Assembly: GCF_964355755.1 (NCBI RefSeq)
Contig: NC_092673.1
Location: forward strand, 14,356,948-14,420,947
Source: Antedon mediterranea
Lineage: Eukaryota > Animalia > Echinodermata
Direction of reading: 5' to 3'
DNA length: 64,000 nt
The translations under genes and the position numbers were made by a program. The number at the start of each line of letters is the position of its first letter. The stretch's first letter is position 1. The notes under the pieces were generated by a model. That model made no database searches, was not told the DNA's origin, and saw nothing but the letters and a program-made list of their open reading frames with translations. Below, piece after piece: positions 26,288 to 39,900 of this stretch.

Positions 26288-29200
26288 CTTTTGTTCTTAC
26301 AACAAGATTACATCGAGTTGCAAAGTATATAATAAACAATGACCAACAAGGGTATGTAAAAGGTCGCTTTGGTGGTGACAATATAAGACTAATAGAGGAC
26401 ATAATTACTTACATGGAAAATGAACAGCTTGAAGGTATACTTATAAGTTTAGATTTCCAAAAAGCATTTGACAGTGTCAATAGATCATTTTTAATAGAAG
26501 CCTTAAATAAATTCAATTTTGGTATTTCATTTGTGAACTGGGTAAAAGCACTGTATAACAATACAAATTGTATATTCACAAATAATGGTTGGCAATCAGA
26601 AAGTTTTGCAATGCACCAAGGTATTAGACAAGGGTGTCCCTTGTCTGCTCTATTGTTTATTTTAGTAGCTGAAGTCCTAGCTACAAAAATAAGAGCATGC
26701 GATATGGTCAAAGGCCTGATTGTTCCTGCAGGCAATGGTATATTTAAAGATATTAAGATTGCACAGCTAGCAGATGACACTGTGCTTTTTCTAATGGATA
26801 TAAATAGTATAGATAACAGCATAAGTATTATTGAAAAGTTTGGAGAGGTTTCTGGATTAAAATTAAATAAGAATAAAACAAATGCTTTTTGGCTTGGCAG
26901 TTTAAGAGACTGCAAGGACACACATGGTAACATTTCTTGGACATCCACACCAATTCGGATATTAGGTATCTATGTTGGACATGATAAGGAATATTGTTAT
27001 CAAAAGAACTGGAAAGAAAAAATAGACGCATTAGAAAATACCCTAAAAACATGGGAGAAAAGACACCTCACTTTTTTTGGAAGAATTACTATTGTAAAAA
27101 CATTAGCGCTCTCAAAAATTATATACAATTCCTGCATTTTGCTAGTACCAGAAAAAGTAATAAAAGAGGTGGATAAATTAATTTTTAAATTCATTTGGGA
27201 AACTAAGAAAGAGAAAATAAAAAGAAAAACCATGTGTGCCAATTACAGTCAAGGTGGTCTAAAAATGGTAGAATTCAGATCTCAGGTAATATCTTTCCAA
27301 GTTAAATGGTACAGGAGACTGTATGAAAACGATGATGCCAAATGGAAATATTTACCTACATTTTATATAGAAAAGATAGGCCCAAAATCATTAACCTCAA
27401 ATTTATCAAAAGTTCCGTGTAATATATCCGTACCACCATTTTACCTCTCAGTTATTAAGTCTATAGCAGTAGCTAATGCTTGTAATAATAGATTAAATAA
27501 GGAACCAATAAGCTATGATGACATTATTAATCAATCATTATGGGGTAATGAGTTTATATGTATTAAAAAGAAGCCGTTATATAACTGTAACTGGATTAGT
27601 TCAGGGTTTTTAAAAATATATGATGTAATAAATAATAATGTGTTTAAGCCTGCGATAGAGATAAAAAGAAGGTTAAGATGTACACAAAATTGGATCAGTG
27701 AATATTCATGTATATTGAAAGCCATTCCAAAAGAATGGAAATGTATTTTAAAATCAACACATGACATTAATGTAAATGATATACCTATTACAAACAATAA
27801 GGTCTTAAATATGACGTCTAGACAATTATATAGATTCATAATAGATGCTCAATATATTACACCTACGGCACAGGTTAAGTGGGAATCCATATTTGGTAAT
27901 ATGCCATGGACAAAAATATGGGTTAAGAAAGTTTCTGGTCTTAAAGAAAAAAAACTGGCACATTTTAATTTTAAATTGTTGCACAGAATATTGCCAACAA
28001 ATGAAAGATTACATAGGTGGAGACTTGTAAATTCCCCATGTTGTGACACATGCAATGTTATTGAGAATGATAAACATATGTTAGTAGAGTGCATAACAGT
28101 AAAATGTTTATGGAGAGAGATAAACGAAATAATTAGAGCAGTAAGCATACATATTCCTGTTTTTTCTTTCAAAAGACTTTTATTTGAAACTGACAATAAT
28201 TACGTAAATAAATTATACACTTTAGGAGCATTTTGTATTTATAAAGTAAAGATATTAAGTTTATTGGAAAAAGAAAAAAAAATCAATCTCCTACAAATGT
28301 TTAAATCTGAAAAAAAGATAAGAAATATGTAAATCTGCAGGTATACTGTATATGCTCAACCAGATTAAGGAAGAAAATATGTAAATGAGATACCATGAAT
28401 GATGAATCTATTATGTTTTTTTTTTTTCTACTATACTGTATATTTTGTAAATATGTATACCTTGATGATTTGAAAACAAAAAGACAAAATGTGAAAAGCT
28501 TTTTATAGATTGATGATAAAAAAAAATGATGGATAAGAAGGTTTAGGTTTAAGTGGTGAAGTGTTTTCATCAAAGCTTTCATATTATAGGTATATACCGT
28601 ATATATGTAATTTGCACATTCTTACTGCATGTGGAATTTTGAAATGATAAAATGGTTAAAAAGAAAAAAAAAAAAATGTCAAATTTTTTTAATGGATCAT
28701 TAAACACAAATGTTGTTAAATGATAATGTATGTATAAAAAAATAATAGAATAAATAATAAGTAAAAAAAAATAATTGAATGAACCCACATAGGAAAAAAA
28801 AAGTTAAATGAAACTTTGATGGGTTATACTGTAGATGCAAAAAAGGATAATCTGTTGGAAATAAATTTTGTAAACATTTAAAGATAAAAAAAAATCAATG
28901 TTAAAGGATGAGGAAAATATAATGTTAACAGTAAAAAGTTAGTAAGTAATTAGTATAACCGAGAATATGCATTGTTTAAATGAAAATATGTTTGCATAGA
29001 TAAACCCAAAGAAAAATAAAATGGGACAAACCCATGGGATAGATTTATTAAACATAAACGTATTATAATTGTATGAAATAAATATGCATGTAGATGAAAA
29101 AAAACCAAAAACAACTATGTAAGAAAAAATAAGCTTTGTTAATGAAAATGTGTTATAGATAATATGTATAAAAAGAGGAAACTATGTAATCAATGTGGTT

Positions 29201-29768
29201 AAATGATGATGTATGTATAAACAAAATAATATATGGAAATAGTTTTTTTTTTTTTTTAAAGAAAATAAGTAAAAAAAAAAAAGTGGAATGAATCCACATA
29301 AGAGAAGAAAGTAAAAAAGTTAAATGAAAATTTAAGAAGTTATAGATGCAAAAAAGGATCTGCTGGTTTTGTAAACATTAAAGAACAAAAATATTAATAT
29401 TAATGTTAAAGGATGAGAACAATATTATGTTAACAGTAAACATTTAGTAAGTAATGAGTATAACAGAGAATATGCATTGTTAAATGAAAATGTGGTAGAT
29501 GAAAAAAATCAAAAACAACTATGTAAGAAAAAAAATAAGCTTGTTAATGAAAATGTGTTACAGATAATATGTTTAAAAAGAGGAAGCTATGTAATCAATG
29601 TGATAATATGTAAACAAATGAATAAAACTCTTTAAATAAGTATATGTATACAGATGATTAAACAAACATTGTAAATATAATGATATGTATAGTGTATAGT
29701 GAAAAATATATGTAAAGAGAACAGTGGTATGGAAATAAAAGTGGGATGAACCCACATAAGATAAAAAA
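26288..29768 (+). mobile_element. 5'-truncated L1/Tx1-clade LINE with open RT and zinc-binding ORF
   Basis: ORF to 28332 with DQQGYVKGR, LDFQKAFDSV, GIRQGCPLS, QLADDT, GGL and C-terminal CxxC...HxxxxC. 16-bp TSD aaactacaatttggtt at 26272-26287 and 29769-29784, with an A tail. Confidence 0.92.
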
Positions 29769-30509
29769 AAACTACAATTTGGTTTTTAAATACTCCTGTA
29801 AACAGATTGATTACATCATTTTACAGACAAACGAAACTGTTTAGTATGCGCTTTCATATATAAATAAGTGAATAAAAATATACATATTTGTGTTTTCATT
29901 GACGAGGTTGTAATAGTAATTTCGGTAACTATTACAGTAGTCCTATATATTTTGTATACGACACAAGACACGTGTATCTGGGTACGTATATTTATTAGAA
30001 AAAATAAGTCTAGATAGATCGCTTAGGCGTCATCCCACGGCCCAACAAATCAGTACTCATGACAGAAATTCGATCCAGTTTTGTTCACACAAGTTTCCAT
30101 GAATTTTAACAGCGCAACCGATGATTATCCCTAAATATTCAGCAAACTGTCTGATAATCCCTAGCTTAATAAGAGGTAGACTACAGTTTAATGTGTTACT
30201 AAATAAGAGCTAGCGTTTCCGATCGCCGAATTTCTTACTGTATTTATTTAGTCTGGTTCTTATACTGTATAAATACAATCAACTTTACTGCGGTTCCATC
30301 ACCACCACCCCGTGCCGCCCAATCCCCAATTTCCATTTCTCCTCAATTTCTTTAGTCCACATCAATTAATTGTTCTTTGTGGTATCCAGTATTCGTTATT
30401 TTGTCTTTATTTCCGAATACCCAAATTAAGGGAACACTTCCGTTTTTGTTTAGTGTCCCAAATGTCTATTGTATTCGATCATTATTAAACCGAGATTTTT
30501 TCCTTTAAG

Positions 30510-32460
30510 CTCTAGTTGAAACATGGCTAACAAAAAATGATATACCTAATATGTATAGCCTACCAAATTACAGATTTATCTACAAAAACAGACATAATAA
30601 AAGGGGTGGCGGAATTGGATTATACTTATCTGACAATGCATACTATACAATAAGAGAAGATCTCTCGGCTATGATGGATCAATCAGAAGCACCATTTGTT
30701 GAAGTTGAACATCAAAATAAGAACATTGTATATGGAGTCATATACAGACCCCCGGATAAATGTTCGAAAAAGTGTAACGAACAATTGGGTAAACTTATGG
30801 ACATTATTAATAGTAAAAATAAAGACTCATATCTCGCAGGTGATTATAATATTGATTTTAGCTAATCACACAGAAAGTAACGCACAGATGCATACAGATA
30901 CCCTTTTCTCACATTTTTTTATCATAAACAAGCCAACGCGTGTAACAGCAAACACATCTTAAATAATCGAAAATATTCGTACGAAAGCAATATCATCAGA
31001 TAGAATCAAGAATAATTTACACAGATAATTCAGACCGCTATACTCTTTTGCATAAATAAATCGGTTAAAATTCCAACAAAACATGAACACAAAATAATAT
31101 AGCCTAAGTTACAGCGTAAAGCTTTGTTCCCACTAGCGACGCAACGTAACGCAGCCTACGCAACGTAAGAAAATGCCCTTCCAATAATTGTGTTTGCCCC
31201 CGCCTGCGTGAAATCAAACCTGCGATTTTTGCAGCGCTGTTGCGTCGTCGGTTCCCACTTGTGATTACGCAATACATCACTTTGCGTCAGTACGTCGCTG
31301 CGTTGCGTTCTAGTGGGAACCACGCTTAACTATTCCCGTCGCAATAAAGAACTATTCAAAACTGAACTAGAACGGCAAGACGTGGATAATGTAATTAACA
31401 GCTGTTATGCAAATGAGTCGTACGTTCATTTCAATTTCAATAATAACATTTTATTTAGAAACACTTTGTGAAATAAAAACAGCATACATTAATTATAATA
31501 ACTTAAAATGGTAACATTAAATAAGAACTGTTTCAGGGATCAGAAAAAGAAGTAAAATAACTTGTACTTCCAATCTTTTGGTATTTCTAATATGATACAT
31601 GTTACGTAGGCCTACTTTATGTTTACAAAAAACATGTTTGAGATAGAGATTTGCAATATATTATTTACATATTTATAAATAAAACTGTTAACTGTAAATC
31701 AGAATTAAAAATGATTGAATATGGAGTACCACAGGGCTCAATTCTTGGGCCGTTCTATTTATAATTTATACAAATGACATTGTTGAAAATAATAAATATT
31801 TAAATATTAAGTAAATTAAGTGATTGGTTTACTGCAAACAAATGGAGTTACAAAGAAGACCAAGTATCGAATTTAGAAGCATCTATAAGAAATAAGATAC
31901 CAATAATTTATGTATTAATGATGTTGAAATTGAAAGAGTTAGTAAAATTAAATTCTTAGGTGTCATTCTTGATCAGTTTGTAACATTCCATGATCATATA
32001 GATACCATTACTATGAAAATTGCAATACATATACTTAAAACATATACTTAAAAAACGATCAGAATTATATGTAAAGTGCATTATCAGCATCCATCAGCAA
32101 ATTTATTTTATAACGGAAACCGATTGAATATTTTTGACTTGTATGAGAAGTACACTGTTGTATTTATGTTTCAATTCCGTATGAGCAATTTACCAGTTTC
32201 ATTTAGCCTAACTTTTTTTTTACAAAAATGGAATCTGTACATGAGTATATTACGCGGAAGAAGAGTGATTTCCGTATTGCTCTAAAAAGAACAAATATAG
32301 GACAGAGAAGTATTGCCTATAGAGGGGCAAATATTTGGAACCGTTTGCCTGAAAACAAAGTTTAAAAAAGAGAAATTTTTAAAAAGAAATACAAAAACTA
32401 ATACTCACTCATGTAGAGTTCACTTTTGTTACTTTTTATTTCTATTTGATTTTTACTTTT
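30510..32460 (+). mobile_element. Degraded L2/Crack-type LINE (APE and RT remnants)
   Basis: VETWL, RHNKRGGGIG, IYRPP, AGDYN, KPTRVT, then YGVPQGSILGP near 31720 and IKFLGVILD. Many stops and deletions. Confidence 0.75.
31120..31326. mobile_element. Harbinger/Tourist-like MITE (207 bp)
   Basis: TIRs agctttgttcccactag / ctagtgggaaccacgct with TAA on both sides. Confidence 0.75.
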
Positions 32461-32945
32461 ATTGATAATTTTTGATAATTACAGATTTATCTACAAAAAC
32501 AGACATAATAAAAGGGGTGGCGGAATTGGATTATACTTACCTGGCAATGCATACTATGTTATAAGAGAAGATCTCTCGGCTATGATGGATTTGAACAAGA
32601 TACCTTTCACGGTGGGGCGACCTCAAACAATCCAAAATATTAGTCTAGTTTCGGCCAAGTGCGTTCAGCTCCAGCGTAACCCGTCCTCAAGTGGTGATGT
32701 TCGACAATTAACTTGGTAACATGGTGATTTGATGGTAGCAATACTTGATGCTTGGTTTGGAATGATACATTGGCCTTTTCTAATCTACCTCCCACACGCC
32801 ACAGGCCGTCTTCTGTCAGGCCGAAGACTCATCTTCTAACCTAAAACGTTTTTGGTCCTTTGTTAAGAGTAAACGTAAATCTTTAAACTCTTCTAGTTTT
32901 CTAATCAATGGTAACCTATCATCTGATCCTACCTTAGTTTTTAAT

Positions 32946-34778
32946 CACTTCAACCTTTCTAGTCTAGGATATTTTGGAAAGTTGCATTTTTTTTTGCTAT
33001 ATTTGATAAAATTTGGATATGTTGTAGAATAGACATCACTGAATCCAAAAAGTATTTGCTCCATTTTTTTTTCATACGCAAGGGGGGTTGGCAGCCATTT
33101 CAAAATGGCCGCCATTTTGGACAAAATATTGTAAGTATATGGCATTAAAAGATGTTATCGAGATAGAAATTCAATCATAAAAGTAATAATAAATGTTCAC
33201 ATAATATTTCACATCATTTTTGTAACTGAACAAGCCAAAATGGCCGGCATTATGCCCAAAATGGCTGCCATTTTATCCAACATGGCCACCATTTTATCTA
33301 AAATGGCCACATATATCAATCAAATATTTTTTTAAACTTTTATTCACATATATTTGGTAAAAATTAGATATGTTGTAGAATAGACATCACTGAATCCAAA
33401 AAGTATTTTCTCCATTTTTTTTTCATACGCAAAGGGGATTGCCAGCCATTTCAAAATGGCCGCCATTTGGACAAAATTGTTTCAAATATTGTAAGTTTAT
33501 GACATTAAAAGATGTTATCAAGATAGAAATTCAATCATAAAAGTAACAATAAATGTTTAAATAATATTTTACATCATATTTGTAACTGAACAAGTCAAAA
33601 TGGCCGCCATTATGCCCAAAATGGCTGTCATGTTAGCCAATATGGCTACCATTTTATCTAAAATTGCCACATATATCAATCAAATATTTTTTTATTCACC
33701 TATATTTACAATTGGATATGTTGTAGAATAGAAATCACTGAATCCAAAAAGTATTTTCTCCATTTTGTGTTTATAGGCAAGGGGGGTTGGCAGCAATTTC
33801 AAATTGGTCGCCATTTTTGACAAATTTTTTTAAAATATTGTAAGTTTATGGCATTAAAAGATGTTTTATCGAGATGGAAATTCAGTCATATAAGTAACAA
33901 TAAATGTTCAAATAATATTTCACATCATTTGTGTAACAGAACAATGGCTGACATTTCAACCAAAATGGTCGCCATTTTATCCAACATGGACGCCATTTTT
34001 ATCTGAAATGGCCACATAATAAAATGGTTTTTTCTTTAACTTTGATTAAATACATGGGCTATAAAGGAACCAACATAACAACATAATAATATTTGTGTTT
34101 AATTACTTTACTTATTCGTCGTCACTTTCGTTATCACTATCACTGTCCGAATCGGATGTAGACAACAATGGTCATATATTGTGACAGTTATTCTCGTCTG
34201 TTTCGCATTTACACATCTCGGTATATTGTAGATTGTTTTTCTTGCACGTGCATGTATTATGGGAACATGTACTTAAACATGAACACCGTATTAGCTCCAC
34301 AACTGCTTCTGGAGCAGTTTGCTTCTTGTATAATACTGGTCTTAGTTTACCGTTCTCTATAAACCAGCCAAGTTTTGGCATGGATCGGGAATTATTGGGT
34401 CAATAGTTACATGGCTCCATATATATTGGCCTGGAGATGTGCACGTAGTATGTGCTGGTGCAACGCTCCAGACGTTGGTGGCAATTTTTCCACACCTTGA
34501 TTATTTGGCAGTGTTTTGAACCGTTTCCATCTCAGGGTTGATGAATCTTTGGCTGACACCCTTTTAGTTTCAATAAGACCGCACAGAAACTCCTCGCATC
34601 CTGCCTTCACATTGAAAGATGGCACATTGTCTTCTCCGAGTTTGACTAACGCTTCTATGATGTGAGGAGATGACTTCATATACATCTTAAAAGCTGTTTT
34701 TTCCTGTGTACATCCAGTGATAGCATGGAAAACTGGTAGTCTGGCTGCCTTTTCCGGTCCAAGGGGATCGTATATTGA
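32946..34778 (-). mobile_element. AcademX-type DNA transposon 3' remnant (XPG-like and Cys-rich domains, plus repeat array)
   Basis: Minus-strand peptides LPVFHAITGC, LPPTSGALHQHILRAHLQ and GW..L.P..APEAVVELIRCSC..C....C.C....TEMCKC. Three tandem units of about 350 bp at 33000-34020 carry AAAATGGCCGCC motifs. Confidence 0.7.
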
Positions 34779-36675
34779 TTAAAGAGCAATTCTTCTTGTT
34801 TCAGCTGTACCTGTTAAAATACCAGAATTTTCCCCTAACTGTTGTAGGCGCCTTAAAATTAAAACAAACAAAGAAAACTTTTCTCCCGTCAGTGAAGCTT
34901 TTGACACTCTTATATCTCCCTGCTCTTCACATATCGGCTTCTCACCTATAATTGATTTTTCTGTCTCTGCCTTTAATGTCTCCGAAGCCATTTCTAAGTT
35001 AAACGTACATAAATCTCCTGGACCAGACAATATTTCTCCTTCATTTCTTAAATTAGCTGGTCCTGTTATCTCTTCATATCTCTCTAACATCTATAATCTG
35101 TCACTTTCTCTTGGTCAAGTTCCTCTTGATTGGAAAAGGGCTAATGTAGTACCAGTTTTCAAATCAGGTAATCGTGCAACACTTAAAAACTATCGACCTA
35201 TTTCTCTTTGCTTTACTCTTAGAAGGACTTCTTTCTACCCATATACTTCTTAACTAATCTATGTCTTATTTCTAAAGCCCAACATGGTTTCGTGCCAAGA
35301 CGATGAACTATTACTCAAGTCTACCAATTTTACCATCACCTAGCTTCTAATCTTGATAAAGGTAATTCTCAAAACCGATGTTATATTTCTGGATAGGTGT
35401 AAGGCCTTTCTCATACTCTTCTTCTTCAAAAACTTCACAACTATGGTTTATGTGGCACTACACTTAATTTGATTTCTTCTTACTTAATTGGTCGGTCACA
35501 GAGAGCGCTTTTTAATGGTTCTTCCTCCAATTGGGCCCCAAGTAACATCTGGGGTTCCACAGGGATCTTTACTAGGCCCTCTGTTATTTAATAGTTTTTT
35601 TTCAGATCTTCCCTCTACTCTTCAATCTAATATTCTCCAATATGCCGATGACACGGTTGTCTTCAGGAATATTCGATCTAACTCTGATTTCCTTATCCTA
35701 CAATCTGATCTTGACAATATTCTTTCTTGGTCCAACGTAAATAAAATGTCACTTAACATCAATAAATGTAATGTTATGCACGTTTCTCGCTCTCAAAATC
35801 CCACTCTCTATCCTTATACTCTTAATGATATCCCTCTATCTCTAACAGCCATAAATACCTGGGCATTATCCTTAATAGTACCCTTTCTTGGCACGACCAC
35901 ATTTTAGCTGTTCACTCTTCTGCCTCCAGGACTTTAGGATTATCCGTCGTATTGTTGGTACGAATGACTCTCATTCTCTTCTTCTGCTTTACAAATCCTT
36001 GTGTCGTCCCATTCTGGAATATGGTGCTCCTGTGTGGTTTCCACATTTGGCTTCCCATCTTAATCTCTTTGAAAAACCACAACGCATTCTTACAAGATAC
36101 TTTTTTTCCGGGTAAACACTTTGAACGTCCTACTTATGCCGAAAGATTAGCTCTCCTTCATCCTCCTTCTTTGACTTCTCGGATTGATTTCCAAACTATT
36201 ATCTTTGTTGTCAAATGTTTATACACTATTATTGATCTAGCTGTTTCTACATTTTTTTCTCCTATTTCTCGTCACAAATTTGATCTTCTATTCAGGCCAC
36301 CCTTTGCTCAAACTGTCTGTTTTCAATCTTCACTCTTTCCTAGATTCTGTAATCTTTGGAATGGTCTTTCTTCAGATTTAAGTGAGCTTGCTCTCCTGGC
36401 AGGTTTCAAGAATTCGAGACTAGTCTTCGCCAACACTATTTCTTTTGATTTTACCTGGTCCCTGCTGTATTTTTTTTCATAACGTCTTAGATTTTAATTA
36501 TTTTTTTAATTTCGTCATTTATATTATATTCATATTATATTTTATTTCTGTTAAAAGGAAAGTCTTTAAAGAGTGATTGGGTTCGCTTTTGACAATCCTG
36601 GCTTTTTGTTTCATTTTGTATTTTTACGTATTCTGTTGTAATTGTAATGAGCCGATATTTTAATAAATCAAATCA
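34779..36675 (+). mobile_element. Degraded 5'-truncated CR1/L2-group LINE
   Basis: KSPGPD, NYRPISL, GVPQGSLLGP, QYADD, RPILEYGAPVW, with an aataaa(tcaaa)n tail. It truncates the Academ remnant. Confidence 0.88.
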
Positions 36676-36959
36676 AGCATAAAGATTTTGAAACGCATAA
36701 TCCATGCCACAGCTCGCTTCAGCTGGTACCAGGAAGAGTATCATTTTAAGTGTTGGTCTACAGTATCGTTATTATTATTCACAACTGTGTAGATTTTTTG
36801 CGATTTTTTTTTTATTTCCGCCTTTGCTTCAAGTACTGTGCATTTGAAAGGTGGTTGAGTTGGCCATGTTTCTTCACTTTTCCACAAGAAAGATGGTCCG
36901 CTAATCCATCCGCCTGCTTGCAGTCAAACCTCGGGATGCGTCATCTCCAGGGTTACTCT

Positions 36960-39900
36960 TTGTGTCAATGTATCGCCATTGGTGCGGAAAACTCTGTTCC
37001 CTGATTACCGAAACACGGTTTACTAAGTCTCGATTTGGACATCAGAATACTACAATGACTTTTATCGTAGGAATCTATCATTCTAAGGTACGTTATAATT
37101 ACTGCTCCGTATCCAGCTTCGGATACGTCGACAAAATGATGTAGTTGGCTGGATTTGATGTGAAGCCCAATGGGTTTAAAACAACGTGGTACCTTTAGAT
37201 CCCTTATAGTAGGGAGGTCAATGAGCCATCGATTCCACTAATTAGCACTCTCAGTTGGTATGGGATTATCCCATCCCAATCGTATTTGCAGCGGCATAGA
37301 TGCTGAAATATCATCTTTGCTCGTAGTACATAGGGTCCTGCATAACAAAAGGGATCGTACAAGAGTTGAGTATACTTAGAACTCCGCGACGTGTCATAGG
37401 TTTAACAGGAACTTGATTATCGTATTGGAACTTGTCTTGCTCAAAATTCCAAGCATTCCAAGGACTCTCTCACATGGTAAGCTGTCGAAACATGAGTGGG
37501 CCACTCATCCTGAGGTAGAGAATAGATAACATCTCGGCTATTCGACATCCACTTGTTGAGGTGAAACCCTCCACACTGCAATAGTCTTTTAACTTCATGC
37601 ATGGAGGTATTTTATACCTCCATGCTTCATGTACGAGATATATGGCTTCGTCAACAGACGCTACAGATTTTAAGCAATCATTTACGTAAAAGTTACGCTT
37701 AATTGTCTGCCTTGCAGAATTGCTGTATTCACTTGCGTTATCCTCGACAGTCCGATGAACAGCATAATTGGCGCAACTTTGGCTCCAAACTCCTCCAAAT
37801 AAATGAACAGTCATTCTATACTCTAGAGGCACGTTGTATGGGTCATCATTTTTCCACCATAGGAACCGCAGTGCGTCACGATCGGCGGGATTTACAACAA
37901 CTTGGTGAAACATGCCCTTGATATCGGCTGTGAACGTAACAGCTTCTTGTCGGAAATGAAGAAGGACGCCGATTAGTTTATTGGTCAAATCTGGTCCTTG
38001 GTGTATCTGATCATTTAACAAGGTGCCATTTGCCCTAGCAGTACAATCAAAGATTATTCGGCATTTGTCTGGCTTCTTGGGGTTAAACACCGGGTGATGC
38101 GGGAGGTACCATACACAACCGTCAGCTCTGCAGAGGTCCTCTTCTGGAACAAGTTCTGTGTGTCGATCAGCAAGTAGTTTATGAATTTCAGTTACATATT
38201 TTTTCTTCAGATCTGGGTCTCGTGTCAATCGTTTACCCAACAGGTACAATCTACGGTCTAACATCTGACGATTATCAGGTAGGTTTGGTGGTCTGTGCTT
38301 GAATGGAATATTCATTGAAATGGTGGCCATCTTTTAGACTAATGGAGCCTTCCCATATGTGCAATACCCTCTGATCATTGATGGATAAGGTAGTTTCGGC
38401 GCTGGAACTACTTTTATTCACCTTCCAACAGCTACCAGACAGATACAGATAGATACAGATACAGATACAGATTCATTTATTGTCCAAAATAATAATGGAA
38501 ATTACAGTGCTCACAAACCTTGGCTTGCCTAAAATATAAATGTAAAGGGGACTATCTAACAAATGTTTTGTTATAATGCCTTATCCCAGCTGGGTAGAAC
38601 GAGTACTTGTAACGGTCCGTCTGCGCATTCACCGTCCTCATCCTACCACTTCTAACGATAACGGAGCCGATAATGTCCTTATGAAGAGGATGGTTGGTGT
38701 CTTTCAATATAGTATGGAACACATCGGCAAGACGTTCGCTGTAGAAAGAGTCGAGCGTTTGCACAGACGAACCAATTACTTTCCCCGCTCTACCCAGCAC
38801 TTTTTCAATTCGGTCTTTATCCCCTTTACTGATATACCCAGCCCAGCCCAACATACAATAACCCCAAATAGATAACATCACTGATGAGTAAAACATTTTA
38901 CAAATATCCAGCTTTACTCCAAACGAACCGAGTTTCCTCAGGCAGTACAGTCTTGTATTTAACTTCTTAACTATATGGTCAACATGATCCCCCCATTTAA
39001 GCTTACAGTCAAATACTACTCCCAGGTACTTATAATTGTTAACAATCTCTACTTCCTTTCCTTTAATATATACCGGGTCCATACTGTCAGACCTATTGTG
39101 TTTTCGAAAATCAATCCGCATTTCTTTCGTTTTATTTATGTTTAGTTCAAGAAAATGATTGCCACAGTAATCGGTGAATCGAATAACCTCAGAAAGGTAT
39201 TGAGAAGAATTGTTATTATTAATAAGTCCTACCATAGCCGAGTCGTCCGCAAATTTTATCATTGGACAACTCGGAGATACCGACCTAAAGTCTGACGTGT
39301 ACAGAGAAAACAAAAAAGGTGCCAATACGGTACCTTGTGGTGCCCCAGTACTAGTACGCACAGTATTGGAAAATATATTATTCTGTAACTTAACAAACTG
39401 GCTACGTTCGACTAAAAAATTAAACACAAACGAAATTAAAACACTTGGAACATTCATATCAAATAATTTATGAACTAATATGTGTGGCTGAATTGTGTTA
39501 AATACAGAACTAAAATCAAAGTACATAACCCTAACGCATGGGTTCGTTTTCCAGTCATCTAAATGACGGTACATTTGGTGGAGCTTATATATCAAAGCGT
39601 CTTCAGTGCTCCTGTTTGTGCAGTACGCGAATTGGAGTGGGTCAAGATAATCCGCAACTGATAACTTAAGCCTATTTAACACAATTTTTTCACACACCTT
39701 CATAGGCACAGAGGTCAGAGCAACTGGTCTAAGATCATTATAACAACTAATAGGATGTCGTTTTGGAATTGGGATTAAACATGACGTCTTCCACGCACGC
39801 GGAAGAACATGAGAGGAGAACACTAAATTAAAAATAAAACTAAAAATATGGGAAAGATAAAGAGACTGATCACAGGTTGCTTTAAGTTGCACATGGTGAC

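Noticed and set aside
39863-39892. Start of the 446-aa ORF (MQLKATCDQS)
   Set aside because: It lies outside the AGAC TSD and belongs to the BEL/Pao element, so this is a chance fusion rather than a chimeric gene.
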